Assembly (NCBI GenBank): GCA_964623315.1
Contig: CAZUSU010000036.1
Span: 1 to 40,909, forward strand
Reading direction: 5' to 3'
Source of the DNA: an uncultured Gammaproteobacteria bacterium
GTDB lineage: Bacteria; Patescibacteriota; Patescibacteriia; Magasanikbacterales; 2-02-FULL-50-9b
DNA length: 40,909 nucleotides
Positions 8,619 through 17,841 of the stretch are shown here, one piece after another. Made by a program: the position numbers and the translations under genes. Every line of letters begins with the position of its first letter. Position 1 is the first letter of the stretch. The notes under the pieces are model-generated. The model was not told the origin of the DNA. It searched no databases and worked only from the letters and a program-made list of their open reading frames with translations.

Positions 8619-9854
8619 ATGCACAAAATCACCGCCCTTGAAGCGCAAGAAATTCTTGATTCGCGCGGTAACCCCACCATACGCGTTTTCATTCAGGTGG
8701 ATGATGCCATTTTAACGAGCGCGGCCGTGCCGAGCGGCGCATCAACCGGTACGCACGAAGCGTGGGAGTTGCGCGATGGCGATAAAAAACGGTTTGGCGG
8801 CAAAGGTGTGTTAAAAGCCGTTCACAACGTGGAAAAAGTTATTGCGCCAAAATTAATGGGGAGGGATGTGTGCGGCCAGCGCGCCATTGATACCATTCTG
8901 CGCACGCTTGACGGAACCAAAAATAAATCAAAACTGGGTGCCAACGCCATTTTGGGCGTGTCCTTGGCATGCGCGCGCGCCGGCGCCATGGCTACCGGTA
9001 TGCCCCTGTGGAAATATTTGCAAAAAACGTATCGCTTAAAAGCGAGTAAAAAATTTCCGTACCCCACCATGAACGTCATTAACGGTGGCGTGCATGCTGA
9101 TTCCGGTTTATCAACGCAAGAGTTCATGATCATTCCGCAGAACAAAAAATTCAGCGAGCGGGTGCGCGTGGGAGCAGAAGTTTTTGCCCAGCTCAAAAAA
9201 ATACTGAAAGATGAAAAATTTTCCGTTGGCGTGGGGGACGAAGGCGGATTTGCGCCGCGTCTGGGATCGTCGGAAAAAGCTCTGCAAGTTTTGATGTCTG
9301 CCATTCAGCAAGCCGGCTACCAGCCGGGCCGTGACGTGAAATTAGGCACGGACGTTGCCGCATCTGAATTTTATGAAAAAGGCGTCTACAACTTTGAGGG
9401 CAAGAAAAAATCCGGCGCGCAGATGATTGAGATGATTGCCGAATGGGTGCAAAAATATCCGCTCGTGTCCGTGGAAGATCCGCTTCACGAAGATGATTGG
9501 GAGCACTGGGAAAAAATTACGGCAAAACTGGGGCGCACCATTACCATTGTTGGCGATGATTTGTTTGTTACCAACGTTGAACGTTTGCGGCAGGGGATTA
9601 AGCGTCACGTGGCTAATGCCATTCTCATAAAAGTCAATCAGATCGGCACATTGTCAGAAACGATTGACACTATTTTGTTGGCGCAGAAAAACAGATATAA
9701 AGTTTCGGTTTCGCACAGGAGTGGTGAAACAGCCGATACGTTTATTGCCGACTTGGCCGTTGCCGTGGGCGCTGAATTTTTGAAGTCCGGATCGCTATCG
9801 CGCAGTGAGCGCGTGGAAAAATATAATCGGGTGATGGAAATTGCAGAAAATTGA
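8619..9854 (+). CDS. eno: Enolase (phosphopyruvate hydratase)
   Basis: N-terminal ILDSRGNPT, then SGETADTFIADLAVA and IKVNQIGTLSET. Starts 2 nt after the SIMPL gene stop. Confidence 0.95.
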   Translation: MHKITALEAQEILDSRGNPTIRVFIQVDDAILTSAAVPSGASTGTHEAWELRDGDKKRFGGKGVLKAVHNVEKVIAPKLMGRDVCGQRAIDTILRTLDGTKNKSKLGANAILGVSLACARAGAMATGMPLWKYLQKTYRLKASKKFPYPTMNVINGGVHADSGLSTQEFMIIPQNKKFSERVRVGAEVFAQLKKILKDEKFSVGVGDEGGFAPRLGSSEKALQVLMSAIQQAGYQPGRDVKLGTDVAASEFYEKGVYNFEGKKKSGAQMIEMIAEWVQKYPLVSVEDPLHEDDWEHWEKITAKLGRTITIVGDDLFVTNVERLRQGIKRHVANAILIKVNQIGTLSETIDTILLAQKNRYKVSVSHRSGETADTFIADLAVAVGAEFLKSGSLSRSERVEKYNRVMEIAEN

Positions 9855-9984
9855 GCGAATCGCGCGCGCGGGCACGATCAAAATTCCCTGCGAGAATTTT
9901 GTCTCGCCTCGTGCTCGCTCTTGTTGGTATGCAACAATCCGTGCCCGCTCGCACTGCGGATGGCCCGCGCGCGCGATTCGCTCA
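9852..9984. repeat. 133-nt element with perfect 22-bp terminal inverted repeats
   Basis: TGAGCGAATCGCGCGCGCGGGC at 9852-9873 is the exact reverse complement of 9963-9984. Internal hairpins are GCGAG/CTCGC at 9890-9907 and TTGTTG-gtatg-CAACAA. A competing 9-bp pairing joins GCGGGCACG at 9867-9875 with CGTGCCCGC at 9940-9948. The left arm starts at the eno stop codon, and no T-run follows. Confidence 0.7.
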
Positions 9985-10002
9985 GTTCTAAAATGAAAAG
10001 TA

Positions 10003-10011
10003 TGTTACAAT
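10003..10011 (+). promoter_or_regulatory. Extended -10 (TGtTACAAT) in front of gpmI, implying a near-leaderless mRNA
   Basis: TGTTACAAT ends 9 nt before the gpmI ATG. There is no SD. Confidence 0.4.
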
Positions 10012-10020
10012 AATCTCGTT

Positions 10021-11577
10021 ATGATAAGCAAACCTGTTGTATTAATCATCAATGACGGTTGGGGAGTTGCGCCAGACAGCGAAGGCAACGCCATCACGCG
10101 CGCTAAGACGCCGAATTTTTTGGATTGGATTCATCGCTATCCGGCAATGACCATAAAAGCGTCCGGCATAGAAGTCGGTTTGTCGTGGGGCGAGATGGGA
10201 AATTCTGAAGTGGGACATTTAAATATCGGCGCCGGTCGCGTGTACTACCAAACGCTTCCACGCATCAGCAAAGAAATCAGCGACAAAAGCTTTTTTAAAA
10301 ACGCCGTACTGCAAAAAATTGCGGCGCACGGAAAAAAGGGCGGGCGCGTGCATTTGTTTGGCATTGTGTCGGCTGGCAATGTGCACGGGTCCGATGAGCA
10401 CCTTGCCGCGCTCATAGATTTTTGTAAAGCAGAAGGGGTCGCAAACGTTTTTTTGCATGCCATTCTGGACGGACGCGATTCAAAATTTGATTCCGGCAAA
10501 ATGTTCATTGAACGCACGATGGCTAAAATGAAGTCCGTGGGTGTGGGAAAAATTGCCACCATGGGCGGTCGCTACTTTGCCATGGATCGCGACAACCGCT
10601 GGGAGCGCGTAGAAAAAATGTATCGCGTCATGACCGAAGCGGTGGGCGAAAAAGCGCCGGATCCGCTTGCCGCCATACAAAAATCGTATGACGCAAAAGT
10701 GTATGATGAAGAATTCGTGCCCGTGGTGTGCGATCCTGATGGCCAGATAAAATCCGGCGATGCCGTGCTGTTTTTTAATTTTCGTCCGGATCGTGCGCGT
10801 GAAATCACCAAAGCATTTGTTGACCCGACATTTGATAAATTTAAGCGCGCCCAAATTGACCCCTTATTATTTGTTACGATGACCGAATACGAAAAAGGTT
10901 TGCCGGTAGAAGCTTGTTATCCGCCGGACGTCATAAAAATGTCGCTCGCGGAAACCATTTCCAAAGCCGGCAAAAAACAATTTCACCTCGCAGAAACGGA
11001 AAAATATGCGCACGTCACTTTTTTTCTGAACGGCACGGTAGAAGAGGCATGGGCGGGCGAGGATCGTAAAATTGTACCGTCGCCTAAAGTGGAAAGTTAT
11101 GCGACAGCGCCGGAAATGTCTGCCGCCGGAGTTGCCGTGGAAGCCGTTAAAGCAATAGAAAGCGATGTATATGATTTTGTCGTCATCAATTTTGCGAACG
11201 CCGACATGGTGGGTCACACCGGCGATTTTGCCGCAACCGTAAAAGGAATTGAAGCGGTGGATAAAGCGATGGGGCAGGTGGTCGCTATCACGGTTGCAAA
11301 AGGCGGCGCTGTTTTTATTACCGCAGACCACGGCAATGGCGAAGAAATTGTGAACGTCCGCACGGGCGATAAAGACAAAGAGCACTCCACCAACCCCATC
11401 CCCTTTTTGTGTATCAGTAAGGCATGGGAAGGGCAAGCCGGTCCGTCCGGTGACATCGTGGGCGATGACTTATCTCTGTTGCCACCCGTTGGCATGCTGG
11501 CGGACGTGGCGCCTACTATTTTAAAAGCACTGGGCGTTGAACAGCCGAAAGAAATGACGGGGAGGGCGCTGATTTGA
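10021..11577 (+). CDS. gpmI: 2,3-bisphosphoglycerate-independent phosphoglycerate mutase
   Basis: 518 aa with LIINDGWG, NSEVGHLNIGAGR, ILDGRDS, NFANADMVGHTG and ITADHGN motifs. Confidence 0.93.
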   Translation: MISKPVVLIINDGWGVAPDSEGNAITRAKTPNFLDWIHRYPAMTIKASGIEVGLSWGEMGNSEVGHLNIGAGRVYYQTLPRISKEISDKSFFKNAVLQKIAAHGKKGGRVHLFGIVSAGNVHGSDEHLAALIDFCKAEGVANVFLHAILDGRDSKFDSGKMFIERTMAKMKSVGVGKIATMGGRYFAMDRDNRWERVEKMYRVMTEAVGEKAPDPLAAIQKSYDAKVYDEEFVPVVCDPDGQIKSGDAVLFFNFRPDRAREITKAFVDPTFDKFKRAQIDPLLFVTMTEYEKGLPVEACYPPDVIKMSLAETISKAGKKQFHLAETEKYAHVTFFLNGTVEEAWAGEDRKIVPSPKVESYATAPEMSAAGVAVEAVKAIESDVYDFVVINFANADMVGHTGDFAATVKGIEAVDKAMGQVVAITVAKGGAVFITADHGNGEEIVNVRTGDKDKEHSTNPIPFLCISKAWEGQAGPSGDIVGDDLSLLPPVGMLADVAPTILKALGVEQPKEMTGRALI

Positions 11578-11634
11578 GCATGACGCGCGCATCGCCATTT
11601 TCTTTTTTGGGAAACGCCGATATACTGGTTCAAT

Positions 11635-12159
11635 ATGTTTGCTGAATCAGTTCATGCGCTTGACGTGAACATCGCCCAAATATTGCACGTTTTTTTTGCG
11701 CGCCATCCGGTGGGCGCCGACGGTGCCATTTTTTTAAATTACGCCGGTGTTGCCGTACTGGTGGCGCTCGTGGCGTGGCACACATACAAAAAACGCAACG
11801 CGCTTCAAGGTGTGTTTTTTTTGTTCATAATTCCCGTCGGATATTTTATTTCTCGTTTAGGGAAATTTTTATGGGAGCGGCCGCGGCCATTCGTACAACT
11901 CGGGTTTGAGCCGTTAATAAACACCAGCGCCGCTTCACTGTCCTTTCCTTCAAGCCACGCTACCGTGGCGTTCGCGCTGGCAGGAGCGCTGTATCATTAT
12001 GACAAAAAATGGGGGCGCTGGGCGTTGGGGTGCGCCGCGATTGTGGCCGCCAGTCGCGTGCTGGTTGGCGTTCATTTTGTGAGTGATGTACTTGCCGGCG
12101 CAGTGCTGGGTGTGGTAACGTCCTTGGTACTGATTAAATTATGGAAGCTCAAAAAATAG
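11635..12159 (+). CDS. PAP2-family (type 2 phosphatidic acid / undecaprenyl-diphosphate) phosphatase
   Basis: It has the three PAP2 motifs: KFLWERPRP, PSSHA and SRVLVGVHFVSDV. The protein is membrane-embedded. Confidence 0.8.
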   Translation: MFAESVHALDVNIAQILHVFFARHPVGADGAIFLNYAGVAVLVALVAWHTYKKRNALQGVFFLFIIPVGYFISRLGKFLWERPRPFVQLGFEPLINTSAASLSFPSSHATVAFALAGALYHYDKKWGRWALGCAAIVAASRVLVGVHFVSDVLAGAVLGVVTSLVLIKLWKLKK

Positions 12160-13205
12160 TGGTGATTATTCGCGCCGGTGGTACGGGAACGCGGCTGTGG
12201 CCATTGTCCACGGCGCAACTACCCAAACAATTTGTACCGGTGTTATCCGAGCGTACGCTTCTGCAGGAAACGTTCCAGCGCGTACGCGATTTTGGTATTG
12301 AGAATATTTTTGTCACGGTAAATGCGCGGCATGCGTCGCTCGTGCGTGAGCAAATTCCCGAACTGCGGGAAACACACGTCATTGCCGAGCCACTCAAACG
12401 CAACACCGGTCCGGCCATTGCGTACGAAACAGCGGCCCTGCGTGCCGCCGGCATTGCGCTTGACACCATCGTTGCATCCATTCCCGCCGACGATTTTGTG
12501 GGAAATGCGTCATCGTTTGGCGCGGCCGTGCGGGCTATTGCACATGAACTTTCGGCGCGTGGCGCAACGGTCGTACTGCCGGTCGTTACGCCAACCAGTA
12601 TAGATTCGGGGTACAGCTACGTGCGTGTGTCGTTCGCTGATGCAGAGCATGCACCGATCGCGGATTGGATTGAAAAGCCGGACGTGCTCGCGTGCCGGCA
12701 GATGGTGGAAAGCGGCGATTGGTTTGCGCACACCGGTATGTATTTTTGGAAATTGAGCACCGCCATCACGGCGTTTGAACAGCTCGCTCCCGAAGTGTGG
12801 CACACCGTGCTCGCGGTACAGGATGCCATGGCGCGGGATGATGCAGAAACGGCGGCCGCGCGCTCAGCCACTCTGCCGATTATTTCTATTGAGTCGCTCA
12901 TCACCAAAAAATATTCGGACAAATTAGCGTGGCGTGCCGACGAATGGCAGTGGTCCGATGTCGGCAAGTGGCCGATCGTTAAACAACTGTTGGCGGGTGA
13001 TGAACGCCGCAACAGTGCCACGCACAAAGACGTACATTTTGTTGATGCGGAAAATAATTTGGTGTACGCCGCGCCCGGCCGCCGCGTGGTGTGTATCGGC
13101 GTCAGCGATCTGGTTATTGTTGAAAATGGCGAACATCTTTTGGTGTGTCGCGCCGATCGTTCGCATGAAATCGGTCCGATCAGCGAACAGCTCGGCAACG
13201 TATGA
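12141..13205 (+). CDS. Sugar-1-phosphate nucleotidyltransferase, mannose-1-phosphate guanylyltransferase-like
   Basis: N-terminal IIRAGGTGTRLWPLS signature. 354 aa. Overlaps the PAP2 gene end by 19 nt. Confidence 0.75.
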   Translation: MEAQKIVVIIRAGGTGTRLWPLSTAQLPKQFVPVLSERTLLQETFQRVRDFGIENIFVTVNARHASLVREQIPELRETHVIAEPLKRNTGPAIAYETAALRAAGIALDTIVASIPADDFVGNASSFGAAVRAIAHELSARGATVVLPVVTPTSIDSGYSYVRVSFADAEHAPIADWIEKPDVLACRQMVESGDWFAHTGMYFWKLSTAITAFEQLAPEVWHTVLAVQDAMARDDAETAAARSATLPIISIESLITKKYSDKLAWRADEWQWSDVGKWPIVKQLLAGDERRNSATHKDVHFVDAENNLVYAAPGRRVVCIGVSDLVIVENGEHLLVCRADRSHEIGPISEQLGNV

Positions 13206-14146
13206 AGCGATGGATCGTGTTTGCTATTTTTGCCGCCATCTTTTTTGCCGGTTGGTTTTTTTTAACGATTCATGCCGGCACCATTCGCATTGATCGTGGT
13301 GATTCCGTTTCTCTGGTCGCACGCAAATTAGTGGATGCAAAAATTATTGCGCATCCGGTCGTGGCGCGTATGGGATTTTTTTTGTATGGGCGAAATAGAG
13401 TCGTGCATCCGGGCGCTGTTGAAATTAAAAAAAAGAGTACGCTCCGTGGAGTGATTTTTGCAGTAACCAACAGTAAGCGTAGCGCTCTGCGCCTGACGTT
13501 TAAAGAGGGACAAGATATTCGCGACTTAGCGGAACTGCTGATGGAAAATAAAATTATTGCGTCACAGGCGGAATTATTTGTTTTAGTTGGTACGCCGGCA
13601 CGCGGCGCGGGTGACGCGCGCGGCAAAGAAGGGTATTTGTTTCCGGACACCTATGAAATAAGTCCGGAGGGGGGCACAGCGCAGTTGGTTGTCGCGATGA
13701 CGGAAAATTTTGAAAAAAAATATACGTCTGCCATGCGCGCGCAAACAGTGGCGGCTGGCTATACGGTACATGAGATGGTCACCATGGCAAGCATTTTAGA
13801 AAAGGAAGTGCGTGGTGCTGACGATCGCCGTTTGGTCGCCGATATTTTGTGGCGTCGTGCGGCGGCGGGGTGGGGACTGCAAGTTGATGCGTCAGTGAAC
13901 TATGTGACGGGTAAGAGCGGGCGATTTACGACATCGGCAGATCGCGCGCTGTCATCGCCGTGGAATACGTATAAATATCGCGGTTTGCCGCCGGGCCCCA
14001 TTGGCAATCCCGGTGTGACAACACTTGAGGCGGCTCTTGACCCCGAACCTAACAAATTTTGGTTTTATCTGACAGCACCAGACGGCACGGTGTATTATGG
14101 CCGTACACTGGAAGAACATAACGCAAATAAAAAATATCTCCGATGA
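13202..14146 (+). CDS. mltG: Endolytic murein transglycosylase MltG (YceG-like)
   Basis: N-terminal TM helix, then EGYLFPDTYE, ASILEKE, NTYKYRGLPPGPIGNPG. Shows 4-nt overlaps with both neighbours. Confidence 0.85.
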   Translation: MKRWIVFAIFAAIFFAGWFFLTIHAGTIRIDRGDSVSLVARKLVDAKIIAHPVVARMGFFLYGRNRVVHPGAVEIKKKSTLRGVIFAVTNSKRSALRLTFKEGQDIRDLAELLMENKIIASQAELFVLVGTPARGAGDARGKEGYLFPDTYEISPEGGTAQLVVAMTENFEKKYTSAMRAQTVAAGYTVHEMVTMASILEKEVRGADDRRLVADILWRRAAAGWGLQVDASVNYVTGKSGRFTTSADRALSSPWNTYKYRGLPPGPIGNPGVTTLEAALDPEPNKFWFYLTAPDGTVYYGRTLEEHNANKKYLR

Positions 14147-15213
14147 AAACGAGCGAGCTGGAATATTCTTTACCACCCGAGCGCATTGCACAGCAGTCCG
14201 TGCGCCCCCGTGACGCATCTAAATTGATGGTAGTGGATCGGGGGAGCGACGGCGTTTCTCATCAGACGTTTCGCGACATCATTGGCTTTTTGCGCCGTGG
14301 CGATCTACTCGTGTTTAACAACACCAAAGTGTTTCGCGCACGTTTGCGCGGGCGGGTGGATAAGCACGACGTTGAAGTGTTGCTCGTGCGTCCGCACGGC
14401 AGTGAATGGCGGTGCCTCGGCAAGCCGAGCAAGCGGTTGCCGGTGGGAGCAGAAATTATTTTTTCGCGTACGACGCACGCGCGCGTTATACACCGTTTTG
14501 AAAATGGACAGTTTAGCGCGCAGTTTTATTTGTGCAGAAAAAAAATCTCGCACGCCGCTCTGATCGCCTTTGCTAACACGCACGGCGAAATTCCCCTGCC
14601 GCCCTATGTAACCGGCGGCCCCACAAAATTGCATGACTACCAAACGGTGTATGCAAAGCGTATTGGTTCTGTTGCGGCGCCGACCGCAGGATTTCATTTC
14701 ACGCGGGCACTGCGCGCGCGGCTTAAAAAAGCCGGCGTATCGTTTGCCGAAGTGACATTGCACGTCGGCATCGGCACGTTTCAACCGATCAAAACAGATC
14801 GTGTTTCAGCACATACGATGCATGCAGAAATGGTCAGTGTATGCGCGGCAGATGCGCGCAAAATCAGCGCGGCAAAACGCGCCGGACGGCGTGTGATTGC
14901 TGTGGGTACCACGACCACGCGCGCGCTTGAAGGCGCGGCTGATGCCATGCTCGCCGGCCAGCCGTGGTACGGCGACGTCAATATTTTTATTCGGCCCCCA
15001 TTCACGTTTCGCGTGGTGGACGCGCTCGTCACTAATTTCCATTTGCCTAAATCAACGCTCATGTTATTGGTCGGCGCATTTTTAGGCACGCGCGCCGGCG
15101 GCGTAAAAAAATTGAAAAATTTGTACGCCATGGCCATTGCAAATAACTATCGGTTTTACAGTTTCGGCGACGCAATGTTTATTTCAGAAGGCAACTTGAC
15201 AAAATCCCAATAA
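14143..15213 (+). CDS. queA: S-adenosylmethionine:tRNA ribosyltransferase-isomerase
   Basis: YSLPPERIAQ, VAAPTAGFHFT, TLHVGIGTFQP, AVGTTTTRALE and FYSFGDAMFI are typical of QueA. Confidence 0.9.
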   Translation: MKTSELEYSLPPERIAQQSVRPRDASKLMVVDRGSDGVSHQTFRDIIGFLRRGDLLVFNNTKVFRARLRGRVDKHDVEVLLVRPHGSEWRCLGKPSKRLPVGAEIIFSRTTHARVIHRFENGQFSAQFYLCRKKISHAALIAFANTHGEIPLPPYVTGGPTKLHDYQTVYAKRIGSVAAPTAGFHFTRALRARLKKAGVSFAEVTLHVGIGTFQPIKTDRVSAHTMHAEMVSVCAADARKISAAKRAGRRVIAVGTTTTRALEGAADAMLAGQPWYGDVNIFIRPPFTFRVVDALVTNFHLPKSTLMLLVGAFLGTRAGGVKKLKNLYAMAIANNYRFYSFGDAMFISEGNLTKSQ

Positions 15214-15288
15214 AATGTTATAGTTTTTCGTCAATTTATAGCCATAATGCGGCCCTACATTGACTGAACCTTATAATCTAAACATTGA

Positions 15289-15347
15289 ATTGTCGAGCAT
15301 CGCGCTTCTCTACTGCCTCCCAGCAGGGAAGTGCAATACTCGACAAT
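15289..15347 (+). promoter_or_regulatory. Three-tier hairpin in the 5' leader of the GC-rich small gene
   Basis: ATTGTCGAG at 15289-15297 pairs with CTCGACAAT at 15339-15347. GCGCTTC at 15302-15308 pairs with GAAGTGC at 15328-15334. CTGC at 15313-15316 pairs with GCAG at 15323-15326. The strong SD GAGGGAGGG follows, 6 nt before the ATG. Confidence 0.4.
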
Positions 15348-15368
15348 AAATTGTTGAGGGAGGGTAAA

Positions 15369-15812
15369 ATGAAAGACCCGAAATCGGTGATCATCGTGGT
15401 TGCCGTCGGTTTGCTTGTAGTGCTTCTATTCATCGTTGTAGTGTGGGCGAGTAGCCCTTCAGATCAAGAAAAGACCGCTTCGTTCAGCAGCTGCACGCAG
15501 AGTTCGGTCGGCGTGTTTGGCTACAACGTGTGGGCCGAACTCAAAATGACCAAGTACGGCGGCTACAGGAAAGGTGTCTTCCTGATTTCGGAGTACCCTG
15601 GCAGTACCGAAACCGTCTGCACCAACTTCTGCCAGCGTGCGGGTGCGTTGCGTGGCTCGGACACGGCGATCTCGCACCTGTCGGCTGATCCGAGCATCAT
15701 GCAGATGGTCGCCGGCGACGCACCGTGTGCTGCGTTCAAGGTGCTCGTGACGAATGGCCGCGCCTCGTTCGTCCGTTTGCCGCTGGACCCAACGGCTGGC
15801 GATATGCCCTGA
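15369..15812 (+). CDS. Hypothetical membrane-anchored, Cys-containing small protein (147 aa), GC-rich
   Basis: The internal ATG at 15369 is preceded by GAGGGAGGG. N-terminal TM anchor (VIIVVAVGLLVVLLFIVVVWA), four Cys in the predicted external part, and no family I recognise. It is visibly GC-richer than its neighbours. Confidence 0.55.
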   Translation: MKDPKSVIIVVAVGLLVVLLFIVVVWASSPSDQEKTASFSSCTQSSVGVFGYNVWAELKMTKYGGYRKGVFLISEYPGSTETVCTNFCQRAGALRGSDTAISHLSADPSIMQMVAGDAPCAAFKVLVTNGRASFVRLPLDPTAGDMP

Positions 15813-15830
15813 CAGGCAACGCCGCATCAT

Positions 15831-15883
15831 CACCCTCTCCTTGAACCACGAATCTCGTGACAAGGGGAGGGTGCTTTTTTATT
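15831..15883. terminator. Bidirectional intrinsic terminator between the small gene and tgt
   Basis: CACCCTCTCCTT ... AAGGGGAGGGTG stem followed by TTTTTTATTT. It overlaps the tgt stop region. Confidence 0.65.
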
Positions 15884-17030
15884 TCGTCGCCCCCCACTCC
15901 TCCTGAATATTTTTAAAATTTCCCGTCGCAATTGCCGCACGCATTTCTTCGCACAACTTTAACATGAAGCGCACGTTGTGAATTGAAGCCAAACGATACG
16001 CAAGCATCTCTTCGCATTTAAACAAATGGTGCACATACGCGCGCGTGTGGTGCGTGCAGGTGAAGCAATCGCACCACGCGTCAATGGGCGCCGCGTTTGT
16101 TGCGTGCTCTGCGTTGCGAATGTTGATTTTTAAATCCGGCGCGGCGCGGCAGTACAGCGTGCCGTTGCGCGCCACACGCGTGGGCGCGACGCAATCAAAC
16201 ATATCAATGCCGCGTGCAACAACGGTAAACAGGTCGCGCGGATTATACCCCACACCCATGGCGTAACGCGGGCGATCGTCGGGGAGCGCGTCGGCAAGCC
16301 AATCAAGAATTTCGGCCGTTGCCGCCATGTTGTATCCAATAGATTCTCCGCCAACGGCAATGCCATCAAACGGCAGTGAAGAAATAAATTGCGCACTTTC
16401 GCGTCGTAGTTCGCGATGGTTCGCCCCTTGAACGATGCCGAACAAAAATTGTGTCCAATCATGCGGGCCCTTTTTTTGCTGTGCATCAATACACCGTCGC
16501 GCCCACGCGTGCGTGGTTTCCATTGCCGCGCGTGCTGAGGCATACGTGGCGCTGTCCGGCGTGCAAATATCAAATGCCATGATGATATCTGCGCCCAATT
16601 TATGCTGAATATCAACGGCAATTTCCGGAGTGAACCGATGTGAAGAACCGTCCAGATGTGACCGGAACGAAACGCCGTCTGCGTCAATTTTGACATGATT
16701 CGCATGGGCGCCATCTTTTTCTTCACGTTGCGCACCGAGCGAAAAAACCTGAAAGCCGCCACTGTCCGTTAAAAGCGGCCGGTCATAATTCATAAAACGA
16801 TGCACGCCTCCGAGTTTTGCAATCGTGTCCTCGCCCGGCCGTAAATGTAAATGATAGGTATTTGCCAAAATAACAGACGCGCCTGTGGCGCGAATATCGT
16901 CGTTGTCCAACGTCTTTACCGTTGCCTGTGTGCCGACCGGCATAAACGTTGGCGTCAAAATATCACCGTGGTCGGTGTGGATAATGCCGGTACGTGCGGC
17001 GCCCTCTTGTGCGATTTTTTTCCAAAACAT
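15879..17030 (-). CDS. tgt: tRNA-guanine transglycosylase (queuine tRNA-ribosyltransferase)
   Basis: TPTFMPVGT, LLTDSGGFQVFSL and the zinc site CDCFTCTHHTRAYVHHL. Confidence 0.93.
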   Translation of the reverse strand: MFWKKIAQEGAARTGIIHTDHGDILTPTFMPVGTQATVKTLDNDDIRATGASVILANTYHLHLRPGEDTIAKLGGVHRFMNYDRPLLTDSGGFQVFSLGAQREEKDGAHANHVKIDADGVSFRSHLDGSSHRFTPEIAVDIQHKLGADIIMAFDICTPDSATYASARAAMETTHAWARRCIDAQQKKGPHDWTQFLFGIVQGANHRELRRESAQFISSLPFDGIAVGGESIGYNMAATAEILDWLADALPDDRPRYAMGVGYNPRDLFTVVARGIDMFDCVAPTRVARNGTLYCRAAPDLKINIRNAEHATNAAPIDAWCDCFTCTHHTRAYVHHLFKCEEMLAYRLASIHNVRFMLKLCEEMRAAIATGNFKNIQEEWGATK

Positions 17031-17087
17031 GCGGCCAGTGTGACGGTTTTTTTACATTCTGTCAATGGCGTGCTAGTGTGTTTACAC

Positions 17088-17840
17088 ATGAAAAATAAAT
17101 TTGTCATCACTGTTATCTTCCTCTTGGCCGCCACTGCCATCGGCGGTGCCTTTTGGGGTGGCAGTCGCGTAGCGGCATGGCGCGTGGCGCGCGTAAAAAC
17201 AGAGCAGGCCGTGCAGGCCCAGCAGGAAGTTGCCGCCGTTGTCGTTGTCGCGACGAGCACTACCGCAGAGTCGTTCAACTTAGACGTGCCGTTTATTCCG
17301 CAAGCGCCGCGCAAAAATTGGGACGCGGACCACGAAGAATATTGCGAGGAGGCATCCTTGCTTACGGTGTACGCGTATAAACACAAAAAATCATGGACGA
17401 TTGACGAACAGGAAACGGAATTGGCGCGTATGCGCGATTGGCAAAAGCAAACGTTCGGCTATTTTGAAAGCGTGACGGTAAATGAAGTCGTACGTATCGC
17501 GCGCGAGTATTTAAAATTTGAACGAGTTCGTGTGATTGAAAATCCAACCTACGAACAGTTGCGCGCAGAACTGTCAGCCGGCCGTCCGGTTATTGTTCCG
17601 GCAAACGGCCGCGCGCTCGGCAATCCGTTTTATAGCGGGCTCGGGCCACCGTATCACATGCTGGTCCTGCGCGGCATCACGCCAAATGGCGATTTTATCA
17701 CCAACGACCCCGGAACCAAGCGCGGGGAAAATTACGTATATAAACGCGCCGTCTTAATGAACGCCATTCACGACTATCGTTATGGGCCGCGGGAAAAAAA
17801 GGTGGCAGACGATACGCCACGCGCTATTATTATAGAATAG
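17088..17840 (+). CDS. Secreted peptidase C39-like (Peptidase_C39_2 / YvpB-like) protein
   Basis: The ORF-track start at 16851 overlaps tgt. ATG at 17088 gives the signal/TM MKNKFVITVIFLLAATAIGG. Then VPFIPQAPRKNWDADHEEYCEEASLL (Cys) and PPYHMLVLRG (His), typical of C39-like domains. Confidence 0.6.
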   Translation: MKNKFVITVIFLLAATAIGGAFWGGSRVAAWRVARVKTEQAVQAQQEVAAVVVVATSTTAESFNLDVPFIPQAPRKNWDADHEEYCEEASLLTVYAYKHKKSWTIDEQETELARMRDWQKQTFGYFESVTVNEVVRIAREYLKFERVRVIENPTYEQLRAELSAGRPVIVPANGRALGNPFYSGLGPPYHMLVLRGITPNGDFITNDPGTKRGENYVYKRAVLMNAIHDYRYGPREKKVADDTPRAIIIE

Positions 17841-17841
17841 C

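Noticed and set aside
16851-17087. Upstream extensions of ORF-track models (16851 for the C39-like gene, 1875 for tsf, 20245 for ndk, 15285, 24865, 30538, 35636, 38750)
   Set aside because: The extensions overlap neighbouring genes or add non-homologous residues. Internal ATGs give canonical N-termini or signal peptides.
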